NCBI GenBank assembly: GCA_016193335.1
Contig: JACPSK010000001.1
Span: 343,424 to 407,423 of the forward strand
Direction of reading: 5' to 3'
DNA: 64,000 nucleotides
Source of the DNA: Candidatus Magasanikiibacteriota bacterium
Lineage (GTDB): Bacteria > Patescibacteriota > Patescibacteriia > Magasanikbacterales > UBA922
Position 1 is the first letter of the stretch. Each line of letters opens with the position of its first letter. The notes beneath the pieces were generated by a model. It saw only the letters and a list, made by a program, of their open reading frames with translations. It did no database searches and had not been told where the DNA came from. Shown here in pieces: positions 9,770-19,941 of the stretch. The translations under genes and the position numbers were made by a program.

Positions 9770-10627
9770 TCATAGCAGTTCTTCCAAAATTCTTTTCAAC
9801 TCTTCTTTGGAATGAAAACTGATCTCTATGCTTCCATGTTCGCCTCTCACGTGGATGCGCGCTTTTGAACCGAAACGTTTTTCAAGCATTTCTTCTTGAA
9901 CCAGTATATTTGGATCCCTGCGCACAGATCCTTTTCTGGATTTCTCTCCTTTGCGCGCCACCGCGGCTTCAACATCTCGCACAGACAGACTCTGCCCTAT
10001 CATGCTTTTGAACAAAGCCATTTGCTCTTGAGGATCTTTTAGACTCAAAAGCGCTCGCGCTTTGCCAGCGCTCAGCGTTCCATCCGAGAGAGCTTTCTGT
10101 ATGTCCTCCGGAAGATCCAAAAGACGGATGGTGTTGGCTATCACCGGTCTGCTTTTGCCCAAACGCTCCGCCAATTCTTGCTGAGTGAGATTAAATTCTT
10201 CTATCAAACGTTTGAAAGCGAAAGCTTCTTCAACAGGACTCAAATCTTGACGTTGTATATTTTCAATGAGAGCAAGCTCTAATTTCTCTTGACGAGTGGC
10301 GCTCCGGACCAGCGCGGGCACGCTTACAAAGCCGGCAAGCTGAGCGGCTCGCAATCGGCGTTCGCCGGCTATCAATTCATAGCCCCCGTCTTCTTTCTCT
10401 GCCACGTTGAGCGGCTGAAGGATACCGTGGCGTTTGATGGATGAAACCAAATCTTGGAGTTCTTCTTCGGAAAAACGCTTCCGAGGTTGCTCTGAATTAG
10501 GCGTTATTTCCGATAACGGAATATGCCAGAGACGCTCGGAATGAGATATTTTTTCTTCACCGGCCGCTTTGCGTTCTTTGCCGGATCTGCTTGGTATAAG
10601 AGAGTTTAGACCTTTGCCAAGAGCCAT
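9770..10627 (-). CDS. parB: ParB/Spo0J partition protein
   Basis: LGKGL N-terminus, QPRK, IAGERRLRA, ENIQRQDL, HTH. Confidence 0.96.
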   Translation of the reverse strand: MALGKGLNSLIPSRSGKERKAAGEEKISHSERLWHIPLSEITPNSEQPRKRFSEEELQDLVSSIKRHGILQPLNVAEKEDGGYELIAGERRLRAAQLAGFVSVPALVRSATRQEKLELALIENIQRQDLSPVEEAFAFKRLIEEFNLTQQELAERLGKSRPVIANTIRLLDLPEDIQKALSDGTLSAGKARALLSLKDPQEQMALFKSMIGQSLSVRDVEAAVARKGEKSRKGSVRRDPNILVQEEMLEKRFGSKARIHVRGEHGSIEISFHSKEELKRILEELL

Positions 10628-10729
10628 ATAACGTATAATTACTTAATTATGAAATGTCTTTTTCCAAAACAGCTTCTTCTGTCAACTACCGCGATAAACT
10701 GACCGAGTATGGATAAAGGTAAAAAAATG

Positions 10730-11506
10730 TTACGCCTCAGCCGCCGCATGCTTTTCCAGTATCTCTCTCGCCAAACGTTCATAAGCCCGAGCTCCTTTTC
10801 CTTTTGGATCATACTGAAAAATGGATTGTCCGAAACTGGGAGCTTCGGCCAAACGCACGGTTCTGGGGATCACGGAACGAAAAATCGTGTCGGGAAAATA
10901 TTTGTATAGTTCGTGCATCACTTCTTCGGACAAACGCGTCCTCTTGTCGAACATGGTGATAACAGCTCCGAGCACATTCAATTCTGGTTTTATGTGATTC
11001 TGGACCAAGCTAATAGTTTGCAGAAGCTGGCCAAGACCCTCGAGCGCGTAATATTCAGCCTGGACAGGTATCAAAAGCTCATCCGCCGCGACAAGACCAT
11101 TTATAGTCAGAAGCCCCAGAGAAGGCGGGCAATCTATAATAATGTAATCATACGCGTGTCGAGCTTCCAATAAAACGTCTGACAATTTGTGTTCCCGTCT
11201 CTCCATGCCCACCAGCTCCACATTGGCGCCTGCCAAATCTTGAGTGGCGGGACTGATTCGCAATCCTTCGTGTTTGGTATTATAGACCGTATCGTGCATG
11301 CGCCTTTCTCCTGAGAGAGCCTGGTAAATTCCCCCCGGGATTTTATCCCGAATGACTCCAAGCCCGCTCGTCGCGTTGCCCTGGGGGTCCATATCCACCA
11401 ATAGCACAAATTTGCCTGCTTCCGACAGGGCCGCGGCCACATTTACGGCTGAAGTGGTCTTCCCCACCCCGCCTTTTTGATTTACAACCGAAATAACGCG
11501 TGACAT
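10730..11506 (-). CDS. parA: ParA/Soj ATPase
   Basis: NQKGGVGKTT, DMDPQGN, DCPPSLG, RLAEAPSFG; start MSRVI at 11506. Confidence 0.96.
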   Translation of the reverse strand: MSRVISVVNQKGGVGKTTSAVNVAAALSEAGKFVLLVDMDPQGNATSGLGVIRDKIPGGIYQALSGERRMHDTVYNTKHEGLRISPATQDLAGANVELVGMERREHKLSDVLLEARHAYDYIIIDCPPSLGLLTINGLVAADELLIPVQAEYYALEGLGQLLQTISLVQNHIKPELNVLGAVITMFDKRTRLSEEVMHELYKYFPDTIFRSVIPRTVRLAEAPSFGQSIFQYDPKGKGARAYERLAREILEKHAAAEA

Positions 11507-11528
11507 ATGTTTAATAGTATAACTCAAA

Positions 11529-11557
11529 TTGACATGAGCCACAATACAATATATACT
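11529..11557 (+). promoter_or_regulatory. Sigma70 promoter for tRNA-Leu, overlapping a divergent parA promoter
   Basis: TTGACA-17-TATACT. Confidence 0.8.
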
Positions 11558-11584
11558 GTCCCAACGTAATCCCAAGCCTCTCAA

Positions 11585-11669
11585 GCCCGAGTGGCGGAAT
11601 TGGCAGACGCGCACGACTCAAAATCGTGTGAAGCAATTCATGTGGGTTCGATTCCCACCTCGGGCACCA
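11585..11669 (+). tRNA. tRNA-Leu(CAA)
   Basis: Cloverleaf GCCCGAG...CTCGGGC-ACCA; anticodon arm cacga-ctCAAaa-tcgtg; long variable arm; GGTTCGATT. Confidence 0.97.
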
Positions 11670-11718
11670 AAATCTGACTTTTGAATGCGGTCACATAAAC
11701 ACAGCATTCCCAGCGCAC

Positions 11719-12693
11719 ATGGCACTTCAACATATTGTATTTGACATCATAATAACCATACTCATACTCGCAAGCGCCTTGCCGGCGGCTTTTTTATTTT
11801 GGAAAATCAAGCTAAAAAAAGGAATTTTTTACAAATATAAAACTGTAAATTCAATCCTTGCCTGTCTGATGCTGTCCGGAAGCATTATCATATTCTACGG
11901 GAGTTACATAGAGCCGCGCATTATCATAAAAAAACAAAAAGAAATAGATCTCCCGGGCATAGAACAAAGTATCCGAATAGCTCTTATAGCGGATATGCAA
12001 CTGGGCCCTTACAAGCGAGAAAAATTCATGAATCGGATAGTGGAAAAAATAGACGCGGAAAAGCCTGATCTTGTTTTTATTGCCGGGGACTTGATAGACA
12101 ATACAGGAGGCGGCCTGCCTGAGCTTGAATTTTTGAATCCCATACAAAAACTTTCTGGTCGGACCCCTGTATACGCGGTAAACGGTAACCATGAATACGG
12201 GCTGTTTACCGCCAATGACATAGACAAACCGCGAACAAGCCTCGACTTGAGCAAAAAAACTGAAACAAAAATGGAGTCTCTTGGAGTCCGCTATCTGGCG
12301 AACGAACTTGAAACAATAACCGTGAATTCAGAATCGTTTTATTTGTTCGGAGGCGATGAATTCTGGACTCGAAAATTGGATTTGTCTCCACTCGATCGAC
12401 GTTTTGATTCTTCCAAACCCACCATAGCGCTCCTCCACAATCCAGCGGCCACTTGGGACTTGGCCGGGCATGATATAGACCTGGCTCTCATGGGGCACAC
12501 GCACGGAGGCCAAATAAGACTCCCCTTCATAGGTCCCCTCGGCCGAGCAGACCACGTTATACCATCAAAGTGGTACAAGGGATGGTACACCTTTGAAGGC
12601 CTAAAAGTATTTGTTACAAGCGGAGTTGGCGAAAGCGGCGCCAGAGCCCGTCTTTTTAATCCTCCTGAAATCGTGTATCTGACGATAAAATAA
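11719..12693 (+). CDS. Membrane-anchored calcineurin-like metallophosphoesterase (YkuE-like)
   Basis: Two N-terminal TM segments; AGD, GNHE, HNP, GHTHGGQ motifs. Confidence 0.9.
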   Translation: MALQHIVFDIIITILILASALPAAFLFWKIKLKKGIFYKYKTVNSILACLMLSGSIIIFYGSYIEPRIIIKKQKEIDLPGIEQSIRIALIADMQLGPYKREKFMNRIVEKIDAEKPDLVFIAGDLIDNTGGGLPELEFLNPIQKLSGRTPVYAVNGNHEYGLFTANDIDKPRTSLDLSKKTETKMESLGVRYLANELETITVNSESFYLFGGDEFWTRKLDLSPLDRRFDSSKPTIALLHNPAATWDLAGHDIDLALMGHTHGGQIRLPFIGPLGRADHVIPSKWYKGWYTFEGLKVFVTSGVGESGARARLFNPPEIVYLTIK

Positions 12694-12699
12694 AATGAC

Positions 12700-13752
12700 T
12701 CAGCCAGCAGTTGGTACTCTCCACTCGTAATTGTTAAATACCCACTCCGCCGCGTCCCTTGCCTCGGTAAAACGTTTCTCATGAGTCGCGGCTCCAAGCA
12801 CGACGACATCAAGCTCCTGTCCCCCTTCAGAACCCACGCGCATCACAAAATTGTATCCGGCCGCCGGAATATATCCTGTTTTCCCTCCGGAAAATTTTGC
12901 GAAAGAATGAGGTATCCAGCCGAGCAGGAGCCAATCGGTATTCCACATGTGCTTTTCATAGTCTCCGTCCAAAGTTTTTATAGTAAATTCCTCTTTTTCC
13001 AGCGAGAGCCGTATTTTATCCTGCCTCATGGCTTCATCAAGAAGTATGACCAGATCTGACGCAGTCGATACATTTTCCTCATCAAGACCAGTGGGATCTC
13101 TAAACACGGTTTGTAGCATACCAAGTTCCATAGCCTTATGATTCATTCGTTCCACAAAAACTTCCCTGGATAACCCCATGCCATCTATAAGAGAAAGAAC
13201 AGCTTTGTTCGAAGATCCGACCAAAGAAGCCTCCCATAAATCTTCTGAGGCGTAAACGCTCCCCGGCATCAAAAAGCTGTCAAAAGTCTGATCAGAAACA
13301 GCAGTGCTTGTGGCCTTCCATTCCTGGCCGTGTTCGAGGATGACCAAAGCGCTCATCAGTTTGCTCACGCTGGCCATTGAATGGGATTCATATTCGTTTT
13401 TTCCAAGAAGAACTTTCCCGCTCTCAATATCCTTTACCAAAAGGCCAACCGCGCTGAAAACCGACATATCCAAATCACCCCCTTCTATTTTAACCGGGCC
13501 TTTCTCTTCAAAAAAAGATTTATGTATCTGAAGATCTCCGCCTTCCAAAGAAGGAGTTATAGTGTTCTCTGGTTCTGGCAAAGACGCTGAATCATTTGAC
13601 GTGTCTGCTCGCGCCGTCTCTAAAATTTGAAAAGACAAATACGGAGAAAAAATATAGACCGAAAAAGCAAGCAAGGCAAAAAAACACAAAACATTGCGAA
13701 AAATATTTTCAAAATACGATGGCGTGGAAAAAGGGTCTGAGATCATATTCAT
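12700..13752 (-). CDS. D-alanyl-D-alanine carboxypeptidase (peptidase S11)
   Basis: SVSK (SxxK), SSN and KTG motifs; N-terminal TM. Confidence 0.88.
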   Translation of the reverse strand: MNMISDPFSTPSYFENIFRNVLCFFALLAFSVYIFSPYLSFQILETARADTSNDSASLPEPENTITPSLEGGDLQIHKSFFEEKGPVKIEGGDLDMSVFSAVGLLVKDIESGKVLLGKNEYESHSMASVSKLMSALVILEHGQEWKATSTAVSDQTFDSFLMPGSVYASEDLWEASLVGSSNKAVLSLIDGMGLSREVFVERMNHKAMELGMLQTVFRDPTGLDEENVSTASDLVILLDEAMRQDKIRLSLEKEEFTIKTLDGDYEKHMWNTDWLLLGWIPHSFAKFSGGKTGYIPAAGYNFVMRVGSEGGQELDVVVLGAATHEKRFTEARDAAEWVFNNYEWRVPTAG

Positions 13753-14300
13753 TCGTTCTCTTTTTCTGTTTCAACAAGAGGACGTATATTTTCATGTTTG
13801 CTCAAAAAATCATAATCAGGCAAGTCCGCGGGACTCGATATGCCTAAAGCCCTCATCGCGTCGATGGAAATATAATACTGAGGAAAAAGCTCGCGCGGAT
13901 CTTCTTTCTCCTCTATCAGACCTCTCTGGAGCAAATTCCTAATAATCACCGCGCAATTCACGCCTCTGATCTGTTCTATGCCAGCTCGCGTAATAGGCTC
14001 TCGGTATGCGATAACCGTTGCCGTCTCCAGCTGCGCGGGGGTCAATTCTCCGGAGCATTCTCGTTTTTTGAAACGTTCAACCTGTTCTGAACAAGCCGGA
14101 TTGCTTAGCATTTGAAAATCAATTCCATTATCCGCTATGCGCACACCCGATTCGGGAACATTGTACTTTTTCTTCAGTTCTTGTATAGCTTCTTGCACTT
14201 CTTCGATCCGGACTTCCAAAATACGCGCTATCTTCTTTATATCCAATGCCTGAGAAGCGACGAATAAAATGGATTCAACTTTGGTTTGTAAGGCATCCAT
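13749..14300 (-). CDS. scpB: Segregation and condensation protein B
   Basis: ESILF, LETATVIAYREPITRAGIEQIRGVN. Confidence 0.94.
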   Translation of the reverse strand: MDALQTKVESILFVASQALDIKKIARILEVRIEEVQEAIQELKKKYNVPESGVRIADNGIDFQMLSNPACSEQVERFKKRECSGELTPAQLETATVIAYREPITRAGIEQIRGVNCAVIIRNLLQRGLIEEKEDPRELFPQYYISIDAMRALGISSPADLPDYDFLSKHENIRPLVETEKENE

Positions 14301-14317
14301 ATGATGTGTCTATTATC

Positions 14318-15019
14318 TTATGTAAGTTTCACTTTGCTCACTATAATATCTCCAAATAAAGATTCCTGGGCGGCGCTGACTTTTTTTTGCTTCAAAAGTT
14401 CCAATACGGCGAGAAAACTGGCTATGGCCTCACTCCGATTATAGGGATTTTTTAGTATAGCAAAAAAATTAAAATTCCGCTTCTTAAGGAGGAGATTTCT
14501 GATCTCCTTCATTTTTTGTTTTACCGAAACGACGCTGTACAGAGTGGACTTCGGCAAAACTTTGGGAGCTTCAAGACGAGTGATAAGTCTCTTCATGGCC
14601 TGCGCTATCGCGTCAATGTCAAAATGCTTGGGGGCTTCGTATGTCTTCGGTCTTTGGAGCGCTTCAATGCGTTCATAGGAAAAGCCTTGCGTGTTCCATA
14701 AACGGTTGACATTTTTCGCGGCCTCAACAAACATTTTATACACGCGCAATTGTTCGGCAAGATCTGATTCTGATTCTTCTTCTGGAAGAAGTTCAGGCAA
14801 AAGAGCCTTGGATTTGATAAGCAGTAGTTTGGTGGCAATCAACAAAAAATCCGCCAATTGTTCCGGTTGCCTTTCCTCGACTGTCTCCAAATGGCTGAGA
14901 TATTGTTCAGTAACCGAAGACAAAGAAACTTCTGTGATACTGAGTTCTTTTTCTTGTATAAGCGACAACAAAAGCTCCAAAGGTCCTGAAAATGATTGTA
15001 ATGTCACGGTTATGCTCAT
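14318..15019 (-). CDS. scpA: Segregation and condensation protein A
   Basis: FSGPLELLLSLI, FLAVLELLK, QESLFGDI. Confidence 0.94.
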   Translation of the reverse strand: MSITVTLQSFSGPLELLLSLIQEKELSITEVSLSSVTEQYLSHLETVEERQPEQLADFLLIATKLLLIKSKALLPELLPEEESESDLAEQLRVYKMFVEAAKNVNRLWNTQGFSYERIEALQRPKTYEAPKHFDIDAIAQAMKRLITRLEAPKVLPKSTLYSVVSVKQKMKEIRNLLLKKRNFNFFAILKNPYNRSEAIASFLAVLELLKQKKVSAAQESLFGDIIVSKVKLT

Positions 15020-15073
15020 ATACGACCACGTTCTGTTTATCGTCAGGGAGAATATGAAAACCCGACGGATAAA

Positions 15074-15164
15074 GCACCGACGATTATTATTTTAGGGCCC
15101 GCGGAGTCAACCCGCTTCGCTCTCGCGCGCGTCCTCGGCCCTCTAAAACAATAATCATCAGTGC
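15074..15164. repeat. REP/MITE-like long hairpin
   Basis: Arms gcaccgacgattattattttag / ctaaaacaataatcatcagtgc; loop contains ccgcttcgctct, also found at 18879. Confidence 0.7.
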
Positions 15165-15232
15165 GAAACTGCCAGTGTTTTCACACAATGAAAGCCGAAT
15201 AAATAAAGTCAGACGACCAGAACCTAACAAGA

Positions 15233-16957
15233 TCAAATTGAATTCATGTCAAAAACCACATAAGCGTCCGATTCGTAAACGTTCTTAAAATAGGGTTCTT
15301 GAAATAATGAGGCGGGCAAGTTGATCTGGTAAGCTTTAATACCATTGGGGAAATCATCAAGATTAAAATATATTGGATAAAAAATTTTTCTGTCATTAAA
15401 AAAAATAAAACGATCTATGGCCCCAAAAAAACTCCCCTTTATGAGGTTGTGCAATTCTTCCGGCGATTTTGACCTGGCCATGTCCTCGATAAAACCCAGG
15501 CGTTCCGAGAAACGCGCGGCCGGATGCGAAACATGCATATTATAATATATAAATGAATTTAAGGGCAGTAGAGCCTGCAACTGCAATATGCCCGAATGCA
15601 GAGTTACGGTTTCGGGAAGCTTCTCCTGTTTGGACAAAAAATCCCGCAAGCTCGGAATACCCGGAGTGAATGATTTTGCTTGGACTCTAGTTTCATGGAC
15701 GGCCGGATAATCCGAAAAAGCGCCAAAAATGGAACCATGGACAGCAAGAAGAAGAATAAGGATTATACTGATTGAATGCTGATGATATCGAAAAAAAATC
15801 CGCTCTCTGAAACGCCGGCGCAGTCGCTCTATCCCATATCCGACTGCCAAGGCCAAAACCGCATCATTAAAATACATAAAACCCTTTGATTCTTGAAGCG
15901 GTGAAGCGAAAAAAAGAATGGAAACATAGCCCATTAATTGCCAAATATAAGGAACAACAAACAGACAAAGCAAAGAGCGCGCGTAGCGTTCTTTGCGAAA
16001 CCAAAGGAGAGAGGCCAAGCCCAAAAAAGCCGCCAAACCCCTGGGGCTAAAAACATCTGTGGGCAGATCTGTTTTTAAACGATCAATAATAGTAAAACCC
16101 AGTTGCCAATTTTCCGCCCCGAAACTCAGGTAAGCTTGCGCCAAAGGAAACCAATAGGGCAAAGCCACAAGGACCAGACATAGCCCTACTGCCGTGAACC
16201 AGGCATAGCGTTTCAGCCCGACTTTTTCATCCGAAAACAGATTGTAGATGGCCAGGCCAATGACCGCAAGGAAAATCCAAAAATAGAATGTCATAAAGAG
16301 CAAACCGCCTGTTACACCAAAGAAAAGCAAATGTTTATAATTGAAACTTTTCCGATACATGGAATCCAAAAACCAGACAGCCCACAAGACACTGAGCGAA
16401 GCGCTGACAAATTCATATTGTTTTATAATCACCGCGTCCGGATCCACCAAAGCAAAAAGAAGCAGGGCAGAGACAAGCCAAGCAGTCGCATTTGGCAGGC
16501 CTTTGTCTTCTCTGTCTATCTGCCTATGCCAATACCATTTTTGAATGGCATAAAAAAAAGCGGGATACAGAAGGAAAATGGAGAATGTCGCGAGCTTTGC
16601 CAGCTGGATCCCGTTTAAATCAAACCACTGGCCCGGCAATCTGAACAAAAGAAAAAATAAGGGCGGATAATAGGCCGGCAAACTCGGATACACAAAATCG
16701 AAAAAGGGCTTGCCATGAGCCGCCATTTCATATAAAGCGGCTATAAAATTTTCATCGCCGATCATTCCCCAAAACATGAGATCCATACCATCCACTAAAA
16801 TATAATAAGCGGCCGCGGAACAAAAACCAAAAAGAGCCAGAAACCAAATTGGTTTAGCACGCTTATACACACAGACAATTCCGAGCAAAACAAAAAAAAC
16901 AAGACAAAGCTTGATAAGTATAAAATGCTGTAGGTCCGTATAAAAAAGTTCTTGCAT
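15233..16957 (-). CDS. GT-C membrane glycosyltransferase, AftA (arabinofuranosyltransferase)-like
   Basis: About 12 TM segments; GDENF, LPAYYPPLFF and C-terminal HVSHPAARFSER resemble AftA motifs as recalled. Confidence 0.65.
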   Translation of the reverse strand: MQELFYTDLQHFILIKLCLVFFVLLGIVCVYKRAKPIWFLALFGFCSAAAYYILVDGMDLMFWGMIGDENFIAALYEMAAHGKPFFDFVYPSLPAYYPPLFFLLFRLPGQWFDLNGIQLAKLATFSIFLLYPAFFYAIQKWYWHRQIDREDKGLPNATAWLVSALLLFALVDPDAVIIKQYEFVSASLSVLWAVWFLDSMYRKSFNYKHLLFFGVTGGLLFMTFYFWIFLAVIGLAIYNLFSDEKVGLKRYAWFTAVGLCLVLVALPYWFPLAQAYLSFGAENWQLGFTIIDRLKTDLPTDVFSPRGLAAFLGLASLLWFRKERYARSLLCLFVVPYIWQLMGYVSILFFASPLQESKGFMYFNDAVLALAVGYGIERLRRRFRERIFFRYHQHSISIILILLLAVHGSIFGAFSDYPAVHETRVQAKSFTPGIPSLRDFLSKQEKLPETVTLHSGILQLQALLPLNSFIYYNMHVSHPAARFSERLGFIEDMARSKSPEELHNLIKGSFFGAIDRFIFFNDRKIFYPIYFNLDDFPNGIKAYQINLPASLFQEPYFKNVYESDAYVVFDMNSI

Positions 16958-17003
16958 GAAAAACAACTCTTTCTAATTTCGACCGGACTCGGCCGGCCGG
17001 CTT

Positions 17004-18758
17004 TCAAATTATTTTAATTCCCAACTCTTTCAGCTGTTTTTCATCAACCGGAGAAGGGCTGCCCATCATAGGCTCCTCGGCCTTTTGATTTTTCGGGAAA
17101 GGCACCACGGTTCTGATGCTCTTTTCGCCGAGAAGCGCCATAACCAAACGTTCGATCCCCGGAGCGAAACCGCAGTGAGGAGGCGCGCCAAATTCAAAAG
17201 CTTTTATCATGTGTCCAAATTTGCGATCCACGTCTTCTTTTTTGTATCCCGCGATTTCAAATGCTTTGTACATGATCTCAGGATCTTTGTTGCGGACCGC
17301 TCCCGAAGAGAGCTCCAGACCATTGGCGATAATATCATACTGATGGGCCAATATCTCAAGAGGATTCTTATTCAGGAGAGCCTCCAAACCACCCTGTGGC
17401 ATTGAGAAAGGATTGTGCCCAAAATCAATACGCTGTTCTTGTTCATTCCATTCGAACATGGGAAAATCCACAATCCAAGCCCAGGCAATGAGATTGGGGT
17501 CAGCGAGATTTTGTTTTTCCGCAACAAGAGTGCGCACCGCTCCAAGCGCCTCGCAACTCGTCTTCCAATGGTCCGCGGAAAAAAAGATGATACTTCCCTC
17601 GCCCGGTTTTAATTGTTCTTCCAAATTTCTTAATTGTTCTTCATCAAAAAATTTAACAATGCCGCCTTCGAATGCTTTGCTCGTATATTTCATCCAGGCC
17701 AAACCTTTCGCGTGAGCTCTCATGGCGACATCAGTATATTCTTCATCTATTTCTTTGCGAGTAAATTCAGCCCCGCCCGGTACTGCAAGCGCCCGGATAT
17801 GTTTCGCGTTTTTAAAGACATTGAATTCAGTCTTATGAGCCCAGTCGCTTATGTCTTTTAATTCCAAATCATAGCGCAGATCAGGCCTGTCTCCACCATA
17901 TCTTTCCATGATTTCTTTGTAAGCCAATCTGGGGAAAGGCTTCTGCTTCACCTTTTTCCCGGTCAATTCTTCGGTAAGTCCTATAAATAAAGGCTCCATA
18001 AGATCAAAAAATTCGTCCTGCTCCAAAAAACTGGTTTCAACATCAAGCTGGTAAAATTCACCCGGGCTTCGGTCCGCGCGCGGATCTTCATCTCGCATAC
18101 AAGGAGCGATCTGATAATACCGATCAAAACCCGCGACCATAAGGAGCTGTTTGTATTGCTGAGGCGCTTGGGGTAAAGCGTAGAATGACCCGGGATGCAG
18201 ACGGCTCGGCACCAAAAAATCGCGGGCTCCTTCCGGAGAAGATACCGTAAGTATGGGAGTCGCCACATTCACGAAATTTCTGGATTCCATGAAATTCCTG
18301 ATATAAGACTCCATGCGGGCCCGGAACAAAATATTATTTTTTAACTTTTCTCTTCTGAGCTCGAGAAAACGATATCTGAGACGCAAATCTTCGTCTTCTT
18401 CGCCTTTGCCTGTTTCAAAAATTTCAAAAGGCAGGGTCTTGGCCACGCTCAGTATTTCGAGATTTTTAGCGGAAATTTCTATCTCTCCGGTTGGCAATTC
18501 TTTGTTTATGGTTTTTTCTTCACGAAGAAGCACTTCGCCGGAAACTTTTATGATATATTCATATTTTAAAGTCTCCACCAGTTGGAAATTACCCACTTCT
18601 TCCGGATGAAACACCACTTGAGTAATACCATAGCGATCTCTCAAATCCACAAAAATAAGCCCGCCCAGGTCCCTTCTCTTGTGCACCCAGCCGGACAAAG
18701 TAACCTTCTGCCCTACTTGTTCTTTTTTCAATTCTCCGCAGGTATGGGTTCTGTACAT
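17004..18758 (-). CDS. aspS: Aspartate-tRNA ligase
   Basis: MYRTHTCG, FVDLRDRYG, PEGARDFLVP, RDED, GAPPHCG..PGIER. Confidence 0.98.
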   Translation of the reverse strand: MYRTHTCGELKKEQVGQKVTLSGWVHKRRDLGGLIFVDLRDRYGITQVVFHPEEVGNFQLVETLKYEYIIKVSGEVLLREEKTINKELPTGEIEISAKNLEILSVAKTLPFEIFETGKGEEDEDLRLRYRFLELRREKLKNNILFRARMESYIRNFMESRNFVNVATPILTVSSPEGARDFLVPSRLHPGSFYALPQAPQQYKQLLMVAGFDRYYQIAPCMRDEDPRADRSPGEFYQLDVETSFLEQDEFFDLMEPLFIGLTEELTGKKVKQKPFPRLAYKEIMERYGGDRPDLRYDLELKDISDWAHKTEFNVFKNAKHIRALAVPGGAEFTRKEIDEEYTDVAMRAHAKGLAWMKYTSKAFEGGIVKFFDEEQLRNLEEQLKPGEGSIIFFSADHWKTSCEALGAVRTLVAEKQNLADPNLIAWAWIVDFPMFEWNEQEQRIDFGHNPFSMPQGGLEALLNKNPLEILAHQYDIIANGLELSSGAVRNKDPEIMYKAFEIAGYKKEDVDRKFGHMIKAFEFGAPPHCGFAPGIERLVMALLGEKSIRTVVPFPKNQKAEEPMMGSPSPVDEKQLKELGIKII

Positions 18759-18833
18759 AATTGAGAGTATGAATATTTTAATCAAGTTCTCCATTCCCGG
18801 CTAAGCCGAATTAACTACGAGGGATTATCAACA

Positions 18834-18937
18834 TATTCCTCAATGAGATCACTGATTTGGAAATCCTGCGAAGTTAAACCGCTTCGCTCTGTCACTCGTC
18901 TTTAGGTTTTCCAGATCAGCCGCATCATTGGAGAATA
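18834..18937. repeat. REP/MITE-like long hairpin in the aspS leader
   Basis: Arms tattcctcaatga..ctgatttggaaa / tttccagatcag..tcattggagaata; loop contains ccgcttcgctct. Confidence 0.7.
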
Positions 18938-18985
18938 CCTATGGGATTTTTCCAATCTGTCTGACCGGTGTTAAATTCGTCTGGT

Positions 18986-19013
18986 ATTGTAACAAAATGA
19001 GACATTTTTGCAA
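18986..19013 (-). promoter_or_regulatory. aspS promoter
   Basis: TTGCAA-16-(TG)TACAAT on the minus strand. Confidence 0.65.
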
Positions 19014-19081
19014 TGCCTGAAATTGCTCTTTACATAGGGTAAAAAAATCTCTTTTTTCTCCCCAAAAAGCACCGTCCAAAA

Positions 19082-19160
19082 TTGACAAAACCCATAAAAT
19101 ATGCTCTACTTACTCTGATTTCATGCTATGTATGAATGCTCTTTTACGAGCAAGGCGCGG
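19082..19160 (+). promoter_or_regulatory. Cassette 1 leader: promoter, boxA-like motif and 5' pairing arm
   Basis: TTGACA..TATGCTCTACTTA; TGCTCTTTTACG; AGCAAGGCGCGG complementary to 19849-19860. Confidence 0.75.
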
Positions 19161-19271
19161 ATGAACAATCACAACGTATAACGGTTGCGTTTCCAGCAAA
19201 GATATCTGCTGAAAATGTTACCGTTATACTGTTTGGAATGTTCTACTTTCAGCCACCGGCGGGAGGGCAAC

Positions 19272-19844
19272 ATGATTCGTTTCATCGCGACGTCGCTGTT
19301 TTTGGTCTGCGCTTCTTGCGCAGGAGACGCGGGCACGCCCGCCCCTACCAATGACTTTGACGTAAAGAAACCCGGATATTCACCAGACTCCGGAGTCTGG
19401 TATTCGGCCGAAGTCGCCGACTCGGGTGGAGCTCAAGACACCAAAGGCCTCGAAACAGAGGCGCCTGATCATGGTCCTGAGACGCCCGATGTTGAGCCGG
19501 ACCACTGCAAAAAGTTCGTGGTCTACGGACTGTGCCAGACTTGGTACAAAGACTTTGACTTGACGAGCCCCACTGAAGTGGTCTGCCTTTCCGTGCCGGG
19601 AACCGAATTCGGGCTCGGGACCTGCCGGATCCACATGGGCGCGAACTGGCTAAGCGGAGGCAATATCTTCTTTGGCACCGCTCTGCCGCTCGAGAATGAC
19701 CTCGGCACTATGCAGGTAATGCTGGACTTGACGCTCTGCCCCTCCAAGAAAGAAGGAGCAGACAACAACGAGTGCATGGCCTACCGCGTTCGGTTGACCA
19801 ACAGCACCAAGTGGTTCAGCGTGGATTGGTTTTGGCATCTCTGA
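19272..19844 (+). CDS. GC-rich orphan lipoprotein with Cys-rich domain (cassette 1)
   Basis: SD GGAGGGCAAC-ATG; signal peptide with lipobox-like CASC; acidic/Pro linker; Cys-rich C-domain ending in WFW. Confidence 0.8.
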   Translation: MIRFIATSLFLVCASCAGDAGTPAPTNDFDVKKPGYSPDSGVWYSAEVADSGGAQDTKGLETEAPDHGPETPDVEPDHCKKFVVYGLCQTWYKDFDLTSPTEVVCLSVPGTEFGLGTCRIHMGANWLSGGNIFFGTALPLENDLGTMQVMLDLTLCPSKKEGADNNECMAYRVRLTNSTKWFSVDWFWHL

Positions 19845-19941
19845 TCCGCCGCGCCTTGCTTCCCAATCGATATCTATTTACTTGAAGGGATAGGCTCCTC
19901 CTATTTATCCACCGCATACACACAGATGTATAAATACTCGC

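Noticed and set aside
9700-15230. parS site near parAB/scpAB
   Set aside because: No match to TGTTTCACGTGAAACA spotted.
18760-18985. T-box riboswitch in the aspS leader
   Set aside because: No T-box consensus (GGUGGnACCGCG) or specifier loop found; only a long hairpin.
19024-19035. Extra boxA-like TGCTCTTTACAT
   Set aside because: It lies upstream of the cassette promoter with no pairing arm or ORF; may be chance or a decayed unit.
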